47,903 nt of DNA from Craspedostauros australis. Its lineage: Eukaryota. Shown piece by piece: positions 1 through 12,200 of this stretch (the first letter of the stretch is position 1; the number at the start of each line of letters is the position of its first letter). A model generated the notes under the pieces. It saw nothing but the letters and a program-made list of their open reading frames with translations, ran no database searches and was not told where the DNA came from. The stretch spans positions 1-47,903 of the forward strand of contig JALAGF010005331.1 of assembly GCA_030167865.1 (NCBI GenBank), read 5' to 3'. Made by a program: the position numbers and the translations under genes.

Positions 1-1
1 G

Positions 2-3000
2 CGCGCAGGCAACAGCAGCAACGAGGAGCTCGCTCTGTTCGGAGCTGGACAGTTCAAGGGAAACTGTCGCAACTGCGGTGCCTATGGGCACAAGAAGGCG
101 GACTGTCGTGCGCCAGCCAAGGGAGGCAACAACAACAGAGGCGGTGGGTCCAAGAAGAAGGGCAACCACGCCGATGCCAAGGGCGGATCCAAGAAAAGCG
201 GATTCGACGGCAAGTGTAACTACTGCGGAAAGGCAGGGCACAAAATCATCCAATGCTTCAAGCTGAAGGCAGCAATGAAGGAAGCTGAGAGCGCCAACAT
301 GGCGATGGATGGCGACGACGCGATGGACGATATGGCACTCGTCATCGCAGACGGCGATTTCGTTGAGATTGACGATCTTGACGGGATCGAACTCGAAAGC
401 GCACTCGAAGAGGATCTCTTTGAAATCATGGAGACGTTCCCTTCGACTGAGACAGTCGAATCACCAACCAACGAAGACATCCGCGACCTCATGAACGGTG
501 ACTTGCTCGAATCAGACGAGAGCATCGGAATCACCGAAGTCGCCATGCCAGGCGTTGACATTAACAACGCGCCACCTGCGCAAGAAGAAGAAGCAACGGC
601 CACTCACATGAGCAGCGCCATCGACTACTTCCTGCGCGACGAAATCGACCGCGCGTGCGAACGCAGCAGAACGGATGCATGGTGTCCAATCTGCCTCGCG
701 CGTGGAGCGATGTACTCATGGTGCACGGATTGCACAGAGTTCAACGTATTCAAGATCCGCGCCCCTTGGGCATTCAGAAAGATTCCGACAACCACCGAAC
801 CGGAAAGGATTCGCCGTCGAGCTATCCTGAGCCGATTCGACTCAGTGGAGGACGCCGTGAGGATCTCACTATCCAACGTCATGGAGGCTGTGCAAGTCCG
901 AATCAACGACGCAATTCTGTGCTACGACGTCAGGAGGGAATCCATTCGGGAGAAAGCCTACTGCTTGGGAACCCGAGAGCTCTACTACATGCTCACCCNN
1001 NNNNNNNNNNNNNNNNNNNNNNNNNNNNNNNNNNNNNNNNNNNNNNNNACTACATGCTCACCCAAATTGGGTTCCACGGAGCATACGACATATCGCTCAA
1101 GATCGTGGTCATCAACGAACTGCTCGAAGAGCATAGACTACCTCTACTTCCCAAACACCTCATTTTGAGGATGAGCCGCTTGTGTACCCAACGCGTATCA
1201 TGGATGAGAGGCTGGGACGACACCGAAGTAAGAGACGGCTTGGAGTGCCCGGAACTCCCAAAGGTCAGACCAATGGCAGGAAGCCCGGAATACAAATTCG
1301 AGCTGATGGAACACTTCGAACAAGCNNNNNNNNNNNNNNNNNNNNNNNNNNNNNNNNNNNNNNNNNNNNNNNNNNNNNNNNNNNNNNNNNNNNNNNNNNN
1401 NNNNNNNNNNNNNNNNNNNNNNNNNNNNNNNGATACCGGCGCATCCTGCCACTTGACTAATAATGATGAGGGCATGACTAATGTGCGCCTCTCAAATTTC
1501 TCTGTGAAGGTGGGAAGCGGAAAATTCCTCCGCGCCACCAAGGTCGGTGATCTACGCATGCGAGTAATGCAGAAGGACGGCAAGAGCGCCATCATCATCC
1601 TGAAGGGAGTGCGCTACGTGCCTAAGCTCTGGGTCAACCTGTTGAGCATCGGNNNNNNNNNNNNNNNNNNNNNNNNNNNNNNNNNNNNNNNNNNNNNNNN
1701 NNAGACCAATGGCAGGAAGCCCGGAATACAAATTCGAGCTGATGGAACACTTCGAACAAGCAAGGTTCGGACACGAAATGGCCATGATGATCGAAGATCA
1801 CGAGTCGAATGAGAGCAACCGCGAGCTGGTTGCACCAGACCAACATGAAGCTAACACATGGTTGGGGGATACCGGCGCATCCTGCCACTTGACTAATAAT
1901 GATGAGGGCATGACTAATGTGCGCCTCTCAAATTTCTCTGTGAAGGTGGGAAGCGGAAAATTCCTCCGCGCCACCAAGGTCGGTGATCTACGCATGCGAG
2001 TAATGCAGAAGGACGGCAAGAGCGCCATCATCATCCTGAAGGGAGTGCGCTACGTGCCTAAGCTCTGGGTCAACCTGTTGAGCATCGGTAAGGCGCTCCA
2101 CAACGGATTCAATATCAGCAACAAAGGCGTGATCATCGCACTGGACAAGAACGGACAGCGCATCCAATTCGATCGGATCATGGCAACTCACAGCGGATTC
2201 GTGCTCGGTGTGAACATGGTACCTGCCCCCAAGAGTGAAGAGATGGCGAATGTCGGGTTTGANACAAAGAAGCCCATGGATGTGAATAAGATCCATAAAA
2301 TGCTAGGCCACGTTGACTCTTACACGATCTCCAGGACGGCGAGACAATATGGATGGAATATCACTGGGACTCTCAACCCATGCGAGGACTGCGCGATCGG
2401 AAAGGCGAAGCAAAAACGCCTGACCAAAACTCTCCAATTACGAGCGAAGAAGGTCGGAGAACGACTCTTCATGGATACTTCAAGTGTCCAAGCTACGAGC
2501 TTCGGACATGGAAAGTATTGGTNNNNNNNNNNNNNNNNNNNNNNNNNNNNNNNNNNNNNNNNNNNNNNNNNNAGCTACGAGCTTCGGACATGGAAAGTAT
2601 TGGTTGCTGGTCATCGATGACTACAGCGACTACTGCTGGAGTTACTTCGTTAAGGAAAAGAGCGAGGTCGGTTCCAAACTGCTATCATTGCTGAAGTGGC
2701 TATCAGGCAATCAACAAGTGACAGTGAAGAATGTCAGATGTGACAACGCCGGAGAGAACTACAGCGCAGAGGCGCTACTACTACGAGCAGGCTTCGCCCC
2801 AACCTTCGAATACACCGCCGCGTCAACTCCTCAACAGAACGGAAGAGTGGAACGGAAATTCGCGGTTCTCTACGGTAAGGTCAGGTCAATGCTGAACCAG
2901 GCGCACCTACCGAGACAGCTGCGGGGCAAATTATGGGCGGAAGCAGCAAGGAACGCAACGCAGATCGAGAACATCATCGAGACTAAGTCGAGAGACCCTG

Positions 3001-5944
3001 CGTGNCTNCTACTCAATGGACAGACCCCAACCTACGCGAAAGGATTGCGTATCTTCGGGGAGATCGGAATGGTCTACATCGGCAGTCGCGCAATCAAAGC
3101 GAAACTGGATGACAGATCCAAGCCAGCCATGTTCGTCGGATACGGGCAGTCTCATGCGAATGGCGTATACCGCATGATGAATCTGGCAACCACGAGAATC
3201 CTAATCACCAGACACGTGACATGGATGAACCAGTCGTATGGGCAATTCAAGGGTGTTGAGAATGCCAACAGAACGCAATGGGTGGATCTGGGAGACGACG
3301 ACTTCGATGCCGGAGCAGCACTCCGTCACACGAAGGTTACTTGGGAGCATGACACGAGTATCGCAAGAGAAGCGAAGGCCGTATCAGCTGATCGAAGCAG
3401 AGAGCCCGGAACAGGCTACGAAGATACCACAGGCTATGGATCGAATCAAGATGAACTGCTACCTGCCCAAGGGGACGAGCCATCGGACGACGAAGACGAC
3501 GATGAATCCGGAAGGGACGACACACGAGTGACTCGAAGACAAGCTGCCGAAGGCAGAGAAATCGAGCAACCCCCAGCGAGACCTGTGGCAAAGATGTCAA
3601 GGATGCTACGGGGTTTGGTCCCTTACAACAATCCGCCAGGATATGAATCCGACTCAGAATCAAGCAGTGGAGACGATGAACAAGCTGAGACAGCTGAGGC
3701 GATCCCTGCAACTACGGGCGAACGAGACTTCCATTCGAACATATCCATGTTCAATCGAGATGTGGCGAGTCTAATGATCGACACCACAGAAGGGAGAATG
3801 AGGCTGGATGAATTCATCGCAGCGAGCCAACGAGTCGAGAGAGAGGATCGGAATGAGATGTCCGAGCATGCGTACACGGCTATGATGCTGGACCCAACCA
3901 CCTTCGAGGAATGCTGAGATCATGCAGACCCAGCGAAGCGGAGGAAATGGCGGGAGGCCATCAACAAGGAGTTCTACGATATGACGAGACGAGGAGTCTG
4001 GCAGAAGATCAAGAAGAACAAGATGCCGAGGGATCGGCGATGCGTGAAGACGAAATGGGTCTTCAAGGAGAAGAGGAATGGAGTCTTTCGCGCCAGACTG
4101 GTTGCCTGTGGATACTCACAGATTGCTGGAGTGGACTTCTCCGCTCATCATGCTCCAGTGATCCACGATGCAACATACCGAGTGATGCTTACTATGAAGA
4201 TGTTGTTGAAGACGGACAGCATCATCATCGACTTCGAAACCGCCTTCCTGCACGGAGACCTCGAGGAAGAGATCTACATGCANTGCCCCAAGGGAATGGA
4301 GCATGAACCGGACGAATGCCTGCTACTGAAGAAGACCATCTACGGGTTGGTTCAGAGCGCGAGGCAGTGGAATAAGAAGCTGGTAGACATCCTGATCAAG
4401 CTTGGCTTCCGGCAGAGCAAGGTGGACCCATGCCTGCTAATTCGGAATCGGGAAGGGAACCTCGTCCTCNNNNNNNNNNNNNNNNNNNNNNNNNNNNNNN
4501 NNNNNNNNNNNNNNNNNNNGGAGCATGAACCGGACGAATGCCTGCTACTGAAGAAGACCATCTACGGGTTGGTTCAGAGCGCGAGGCAGTGGAATAAGAA
4601 GCTTGTGGACATCCTGATCAAGCTTGGCTTCCGGCAGAGCAAGGTGGACCCATGCCTGCTAATTCGGAATCGGGAAGGGAANNNNNNNNNNNNNNNNNNN
4701 NNNNNNNNNNNNNNNNNNNNNNNNNNNNNNNNNNNNNNNNNNNNNNNNNNNNNNNNNNNNNNNNNNNNNNNNNNNNNNNNNNNNNNNNNNNNNNNNNNNN
4801 NNNNNNNNNNNNNNNNNNNNNNNNNNNNNNNNNNNNNNNNCGAAACCAACTGCTGGGTGAACCAGCCACACATCATCAAGAACATCACGGATACGTTCAA
4901 GAGCGACGTGACGAAGCTTCAACGATACGGAACCCCAGGCACGCCAGGCCAAGGGATCCAAAGGAATAGCGAAGCACCCAAGGTCGACAAGGACCGACAC
5001 AGCAGATACCGCAGTGGAGTGGGCATGCTTCTATACCTGGTGAAGCATTCGAGACCAGACATCGCGAATGCAGTCCGAGAGCTCACGAAGGTGTTGGATG
5101 GGCCAACGGCCACAGCATACAAGGAGATGCTGAGAGTGATGAAGTTCGTATCGGACACGAGAGAATACGGATTGAGAATGGAGCCCAAGCCGTTGAACAA
5201 CAACGCATGGAAGATCGTGGTGTACACCGACAGCGAGTTTGCTGGAGACAAGGACAACCGCATCAGCGTTGGAGGACATCTGGTCCTACTGCAAGGAGTG
5301 CCTATCATCTGGAGATCGAAGGCGNNNNNNNNNNNNNNNNNNNNNNNNNNNNNNNNNNNNNNNNNNNNNNNNNNAAGGAGATGCTGAGAGTGATGAAGTT
5401 CGTATCGGACACGAGAGAGTACGGATTGAGGATGGAGCCCAAGCCGTTGAACAACAACACATGGAAGATCATGGTGTACACCGACAGCGAGTTCGCAGGA
5501 GACAAGGACAACCGCATCAGCGTTGGAGGACATCTGGTCCTACTGCAAGGAGTGCCTATCATCTGGAGATCGAAGGCGCAACGCAGCGTGACATTGAGCT
5601 CGACCGAGGCCGAGTATGTCGCATTGTCAGAAGCTGGAAAGGAGATCCGTTTTTTGACTCAACTGATGGAGGACATCGGGTTGCAGATGGAGAAACCTGC
5701 AGATGTGATGGTCGACAACGTGGGGGCGATCTTCATCGCCACCAATCCATCGACATCAGCGAGAACAAGACACATCGATATACGCAACCACTTCATCAGA
5801 GAGCTGATTGCTAACAAGGAGGCGAGAGCTCGATTCGTGAAGTCGGAAGATAACATTTCCGACGGATTCACGAAGAACACTAAGAAGGAGATCTACGATC
5901 GGCACAAGGGGAGCATCATTCAACCCAGGTCAGCACTGGACTGA
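2..5944 (+). pseudogene. gag-pol polyprotein (5'-partial), interrupted by assembly gaps and an in-frame TGA at 3915-3917
   Basis: CCHC knuckles CRNCGAYGHKKADC (65-106) and CNYCGKAGHKIIQC (215-256). Protease WLGDTGASCH (1859). HHCC HKMLGH..CEDC. Integrase FMD..RCDNAGE..QQNGRVERK. KLDDRS..FVGY. RT KTKWVFKEK..ARLVACG, DFETAFLHG, LKKTIYGLVQSARQW (YxDD presumably in gap 4682-4840). RNase H YTDSEFAGD, STEAEY, DNVGA, HIDIRNHF. Stop at 5942-5944. Confidence 0.93.
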
Positions 5945-5975
5945 ACATGGTGGATGATATGGTTGGAGCGGCAAT

Positions 5976-5982
5976 GGAAGGG
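5976..5982 (+). other. polypurine tract (PPT) GGAAGGG
   Basis: Purine run ~30 nt after the pol stop and immediately 5' of TGTCAGG, the expected geometry for the plus-strand primer. Confidence 0.75.
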
Positions 5983-6841
5983 TGTCAGGAATCGGGTGTT
6001 CTGAAACACCATATTGCCGCACCTCCCAAGAGTAAGGAGCCGAACGTCGGGATATTCTACATTACCGCAACTCCCACGTTTGATCATTGTGACACAGAAA
6101 AATGTGAGCTGCACGTAACTCGCGGTGGAGAACGACACGTGCCGAATGCGAACCATGCCCTGACGTTCATGACTCCAATGCAGGAATGCGAATCACACGC
6201 GTATGTCGCAGGGGGCAGGGATGTTGAAATCGTGACCGACATCACGATACGAGCGACTACGGCCCCCATGTCGCAACCAATGAGAAAAGAGTACTGGAGG
6301 AAGGCCAACATCACGAAGTGTGAGACGGCCTGTGAACGAACCTGGTATGAGGAACTTCCAGGAAGCCGGTGAAGTGATCGGCGAAGAAACAATCAGAAAC
6401 GATCGGAGTCGACCAGAATCGATCGGAGATGATCGGAGATGTCTGATGATCGAGGAGCTGAACGAGCTCCCAACCAAGGCGTTCCCGCAACGTATGAGAT
6501 ATCGTGATCTGATCGAATGAACCGACCTGTGTCATGCCTACGACTCGGTGATGTCTAAGGCATTGAAACTATCAGCGAAGGACAACGTGCTAATGTGCAC
6601 GAACATGGGGTACTCGGTGGTGCATGCATGTTCATGGTGAATTTGCGATGAATGCAAGATGGATGCCTGCTAGACCAACAGAGGGACCCATGACAATCCC
6701 AGGAGGAGATTGGGCTTTGCAATTGAGAGCAATGAAGAGCTCACAGTTCAGAGAAGTAGATTCTAACAAACGATTAGTTCTCTACTATCACACCACCCCG
6801 GATTTCCAACATCGGTGTTTCACAACACCCGATTCCTGACA
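5983..6841 (+). repeat. putative 3' LTR (859 bp) with 28-bp terminal inverted repeats
   Basis: Starts TG right after the PPT and ends CA. 5983-6010 is the reverse complement of 6814-6841 at 27/28 positions. Internal short GATCGGAG repeats near 6401-6440. The 5' LTR is not in the window for comparison. Confidence 0.65.
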
Positions 6842-9100
6842 GGTGCATACACTTGCTAGTGAGGCGAACATGACTTGGACACAGGGTTGGAGGGTCCTGG
6901 ATTCTTGGAGCCATCGCAAATCCACTTGCATGGTGCTAGCAATCACAAACAGAGCTAAGCTAGCAGTCACTCCAGTGATCGCATCCACAAGTCCCCCAAC
7001 CTATGGTCCGTCAGTCAGACCGAGCCCCCAAATGTTCTTCATCCATGTTTGGTTACCAATCCAGATCATTGAAGTAGATTTTTGGAAACCTGTGCCAATC
7101 AAAGTGAAGGGTTCCAATAACCTGGCCACCGATCCCTTCGCCTCGCCAAAGCGCCGACGCATGAACAAGACTAAAATTTGTGAGGACAGCATCCCATGGG
7201 ACGCGCACCGACACCCTTTGCCTCGCAACCAGCTTGACAAATGGATCCCTCCCACGGTACTCAAGCTACGCGACCTGTATGTCAAGTCTTTTGGAGCAAC
7301 GCCGGAGATCCACCCCGAAGAGAAGAACCATAGAAATAACTCTCAGAATCCGCATGTTTCTTCACCCATCATCAGTATGCTCAATTGACTACTTGTGATA
7401 AGAAGACTCTTGTTTGGACTGCTTGTCAATCAAGCCTCTGCCCTACAGCGAACAACAGCCAACAAGACCATAGCCATTATGTTTGGGCTCTATTAATCAC
7501 GCTTGGTTGCTGGTGCACGCTTGCAAAACTGCAGTCATGTGGGACTCGTGAAAATGAACGAAGGACAGATGAAAGGAAACCAAATGTGACTAAAACAATT
7601 AACTAACAACTCTGAGGTGTAGTTAGGATTCGGGCGTAGTCAGTGCGAATCGGTAGAGGATGCCTCCTGAATCTTCCGGCTTCGAGATAGCTGTGTAGTG
7701 CAGTTCAAGAGAGGTGTACTGATTGAAGAGTTGTTACTGTAACAATGAGTAGTAGAGAGCTTTGTAGCTACTCCTTGTCTGTTTATTATGAGTTAGCTTA
7801 GTGGTGTTAGTAGGGTGAAGAAATGATGTCGCTCAGCTTGGTGAGACCCTGCACTGATGTACTTGGTTCAGTGCTTGAGGGTAGGCGATTATTGCAGTTC
7901 TTTGCTCTCCACACATGTAGACACACTGCAGTGTAGATCATGACACATGATAGTGACGGCCATGAAGCTGTGGCTGTGGCTGGAGCTGATTCTCGGATTC
8001 CATTGCTCAGGTTGAAGCGGGTTGGATACACGCGTCAAGACTACAGCAATGGTGCAGTAGTCGTCAGCATGAAGGGAATCGAGGTATGTTGTAGTAAGAG
8101 GATCTGAGGAGCATATATTTCCCAAGGTGAGGTGTGAGTCAGGTTGGTCATGCTTGAGTCATGATGGATTCGTGAATGGAGGAGAGGAAGAAGGGGGAAA
8201 AGATTTGGTGGTCAATCAAGTCGGAAGATTTCGCGCCAAAACAAGAAATTCTCCCATCGGGTTGTTACCGTGTCCGGTAATAGTCTGTCCCTTATTGAAT
8301 CTCAACTGGTGTCCTGGTTACGGCCAGTGTGCGCCAAGGTCTAACTATCCTCTTGGGCGCGTATCTTCTGTTCCTTGGCTTCGAACTGGCACCGGCAACC
8401 TTTGGACACGCCGGTCCCAGTTTACTTGTCCTTGGTCAATTGTCGCGCTTCATTCTTCGTTTCTGCATTCGCAGACATCATTCGCTCCTGACAAAAGGCG
8501 CACAAAGAGCACCACAGTTCAGCATGTGGCGATTTGCAAGAACGGCAATTTCGGTGGTTACCAAGTTCCGCGTTCCGGCTAACGATGGCCGCTTCTCTGC
8601 CTGCTGCCGTACTTTCTGCTATTCTTCTTCTTGCATGTGTTGGTGTGTTCAATGACTTGTCTTGAGAACGAAGCATCACAAGACTAATTGTTGAAACGCG
8701 CCACCACATCACCAGACTAATTGTTGTGTCTCTTGCAAGTGTTCTTTATTTATTGGTACCACATGAGTGCAGATGGCTCATCCTCCCAGGCGCCAGCACA
8801 CATCATTCGCTCGACGCAGAGTTGGTCCATGATACAACAAGAAAAGACTGTGACCACAACGCAAAAAGGATCCGGCCATGACGAAATGAACGAACGTCAC
8901 CTTGATCCACAACCACATCGACTGATGGAGAGACGAGGTCGTCAACCACAAGAGGGGGGCTTCATGATGGTGCAGTCCTCCAGGGGTCCACATTACGTCC
9001 ATGAAGAGCAACACTTCCACGAACAGCACGAGCAGCACGAACAGCGGTACCAGCATACCCTCGCAGCACGAACGACCACGACAAGAGTGGTCGTATCCAT

Positions 9101-9176
9101 AGCCATAGCCACAGCCACAGCCACAGCCACAGCCACAGCCACAGCCACAGCCACAGCCACAGCCACAGCCATAGCC
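9101..9176. repeat. (AGCCAC)n hexanucleotide microsatellite
   Basis: ~12 tandem AGCCAC/AGCCAT units read directly. Confidence 0.95.
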
Positions 9177-9210
9177 GTATCTGCTCCTTTTACAATCGCA
9201 AGCTGGGAAG

Positions 9211-12200
9211 ATGATGACCACGGCCATTCCGTTTGACGGCAGGAAGCATGATGATGGGACCACAGCATCTGGCACTGCCGGCTCCGACGGCTCTTGCTGC
9301 TTTTCCGTTTCTGTCGACGGCAACAGACAGCCGGAACCAGGTAGAGACGGCATGCGATCTTCGTCCATTGTCGATTCATCCAATTTCTCCAGATCATCAT
9401 CTATGGCGTCCACCGAATTCAGCGTCGGGAGCAGCGCTGGCAGCCACCACTTTGGAAGCGAACATCCTCGCCAGGCCTCCATCAGCAGCAGACCATCCTC
9501 GAGTCGACACAGAGGATCAAACGAAATATTCGAACATCAGCCAGCGCTTGCCACAGAGACCAACCGCATGCGCACAGTCAGAAAGCTGGCAGAGTTCTCT
9601 CAAAACTCTCTCGACTTCTCACGCATCACGATGGTTGGGAGAGAAAAGGAAAAGCGTGTCCTCGACCGTCTGTTTCAACAGATCCTCAGGAAACCGACGT
9701 CTGCAGTCTCAGTCTCAGCATCATCTTCATCTTCGTCAGACGAAGAGAGGTCTGCGAGTCCGAATGACGATGAAAGCAGCACAAGCGATGTGAGCAATCA
9801 GGGCAGCCCTGGCATTGACAACAATCAAAACGCCATCGGCCACCATGCAAATGCACAAACGACCACCATCCGATCTCTCGTGTCCATCTCTGGATACTCC
9901 GGCACCGGAAAGTCAGCTCTGGCGAACACACTGCGACCGAAGTGCAAAGTCAACGGCGTGTTTTTCGTCTCCGGAAAGTTCGATCTCAAGAAGATGGATG
10001 AGCCATACTCCGGTTTCCGAACCGCGATGACGGATCTGTGCTCGCAGATTTGCGCTCTGCCGAGATCCAACTCCGCTGGCGGTAAAGTCACCCACAGGGC
10101 CACAGAGCGTCAAGGGAAGGACACCCGGACGTTCGATGTCATCAAACATCGCATCACAGATGATCTCAACATCGATGAGCTGCAATCGCTCAACAAGCTC
10201 ATCCCCAACCTCGTCGATGTCGTCGGCAGCGAAGCGCTGTCATACACGAAGAAATCAAACAACAACGACAACGACGGTGACGAAAGCACTGTGGTGTCCG
10301 CCAGCCAACGTGCACAAGCAACGCAAGGCTTCAAGGAACAGTCCATTCGGCTCAAGTTCGCCTTCAGACGGTTCATCAAGATCATCTGCAGCTGCTGTCC
10401 CCTCGTGTGGGTATCCGACGATGTCCAATGGGCAGACAAGGAATCGCTCAACATGATCGAATCATGGATGCTGGACACCACCATCTCGTCTCTCATGGTC
10501 ATCGTCTGCTTCCGATCCAACCTCGTCAACATGGATGGAATCAACAATGGCAACACAAGCAACGACAACGATTTGAGCAGAAAACGTACGTCAGACTTTG
10601 GTTCTGTCTCCTCATCCAGCGCAACCGATCTGGTTGGCCCACTGCTGGCATCGATCCGGAAGAAGAAGCGTGAGCGCTCCATTCGATACGTCAACCTTGA
10701 GGTCAACAACCTCTCATTGGATAACTTGCACACCATGCTCAAACAGCTACTGGGGATCTACAATGATGACGATGATAGTAGCAACAGGGGCAATGCCAGT
10801 ACCAACAGCTATGGACTAGCAGAGATCGTGTTCAAGAAGACCGATGGCAACGTCTTCTTCGTCCAGCAGTTCATCCGCATGCTTGCCAAGGACACCCTTC
10901 TGTCGTACGACATCGCATCGATGAAGTGGTTGTGGGACAATGATCAGATCAAGCAAGAGACTCCAGCAACTATCAACGTGGCGGAACTGATGGAGCTGAA
11001 GCTGCAGCAGATCGATACGGCGCAATATCTGCTGCCGCTGGCGGCATGCTTGGGATCCACGTTTTCGTGGTTGTTGTTGCGGACGACGCTGGCAGGCTTC
11101 GTGGCGGATGATGGGGCGAGTGAAGATGGGCATCGTGCGCTGTACGAGTCGTTGTTTGGTGGACCACCACCGGCAACTGAGAAGGAATGGTTGGACATCC
11201 TGAAGGTCTACGAAGAAGAGGGACTCATCGAAGCTCACACAAGTGGTGGCACAACCAACAAGATCAATCGCAGTGGTGATCACGACACCTCCGGCGTCTC
11301 TGCCTCTCAGTCCGTGCTGAGCGAATCGGCAGGACCAGCTCCAGCAGCGTCAGCATCCGTGACATCCGAGTACTCCTTTATTCACGACAAGGTGCAGGAA
11401 GCAGCATTGGGAATGATCCCAACGAAGATGCACCTTCTGGAGCTGCAGCATCGCGTCGGAATCATCTTGATGGATCGACTGTCTCCGGATGACTCTGAGT
11501 CGTCTGTATTCGTGTTGGCGAATCTTCTGAACAGTCGCTTGGACATGGTCCCGCAGTACCCATCGTCAGCATCGCCATCGTTGCCATCCACAACACCGAT
11601 TGAGGATGCCGGCATCCTACGAACAAGACGGTTTCGGGTTGCAAAGCTCAACTTCGATGCTGGAATCAAGGCCGCATCTCATGCAGCCTTCCGGGCGGCA
11701 TATAGCTATCTGCAGACTGCCATCGACATGATGCCGCCTGACCACTGGCAATCCCATCATGATATGAGTATCGAGCTGTTCACATCGGCTGCAGAATGCG
11801 CATATGTGAGCAACAACTTTGAGAGGATGGAGAAGTATGGCCAAATGGTGATCGAGCGAGACGATTGCTCGTTGATCGACAAAATGAGGGCATATCATGT
11901 ATTGATGGATGGAGAATTGGCTTCGATCCAGCGCAACAAAGCGAGTGATATGATGAAGTTGGGATCCGAATTGATGACCAAGCTTGGATATCGATATCCC
12001 AAGAACAACACGATGAGACTAGTGATGACCATATGGCGAATCATGAAACTGAAGATATCCGCAAAGAAGTGGACGATTGGGCATTTGGATTCAATGCAGC
12101 CCTCAGAAGATCCCATGAATGAGCTCACTATGAACACCTTGGACAGGTACTTGACGGGTGCTTTCATGGCTGATCAATCCCTATACGCTTTGATTGCGGT

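Larger units (their letters stand above)
1..6841 (+). mobile_element. Ty1/copia LTR retrotransposon (diatom CoDi-like), 5' end outside window; assembled as a gapped mosaic
   Basis: Domain order NC-PR-IN-RT-RH (integrase before RT = copia). PPT at 5976-5982 is followed by a TG...CA-bounded segment 5983-6841. Six N gaps, most flanked by duplicated sequence. Confidence 0.95.

Noticed and set aside
984..2590. Apparent tandem duplications and frameshifts in gag-pol (e.g. 1432-1652 vs ~1867-2088; 2573-2603 vs ~2491-2522)
   Set aside because: Each abuts an N gap, several of exactly 50 N. These are overlapping contig ends, not biological duplications or programmed frameshifts.
5947..6520. ORFs 5947-6372 and 6320-6520 as an env-like or extra 3' gene
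   Set aside because: They straddle the PPT/LTR junction or lie inside the putative LTR, and show no signal peptide, TM segment or recognisable motif.
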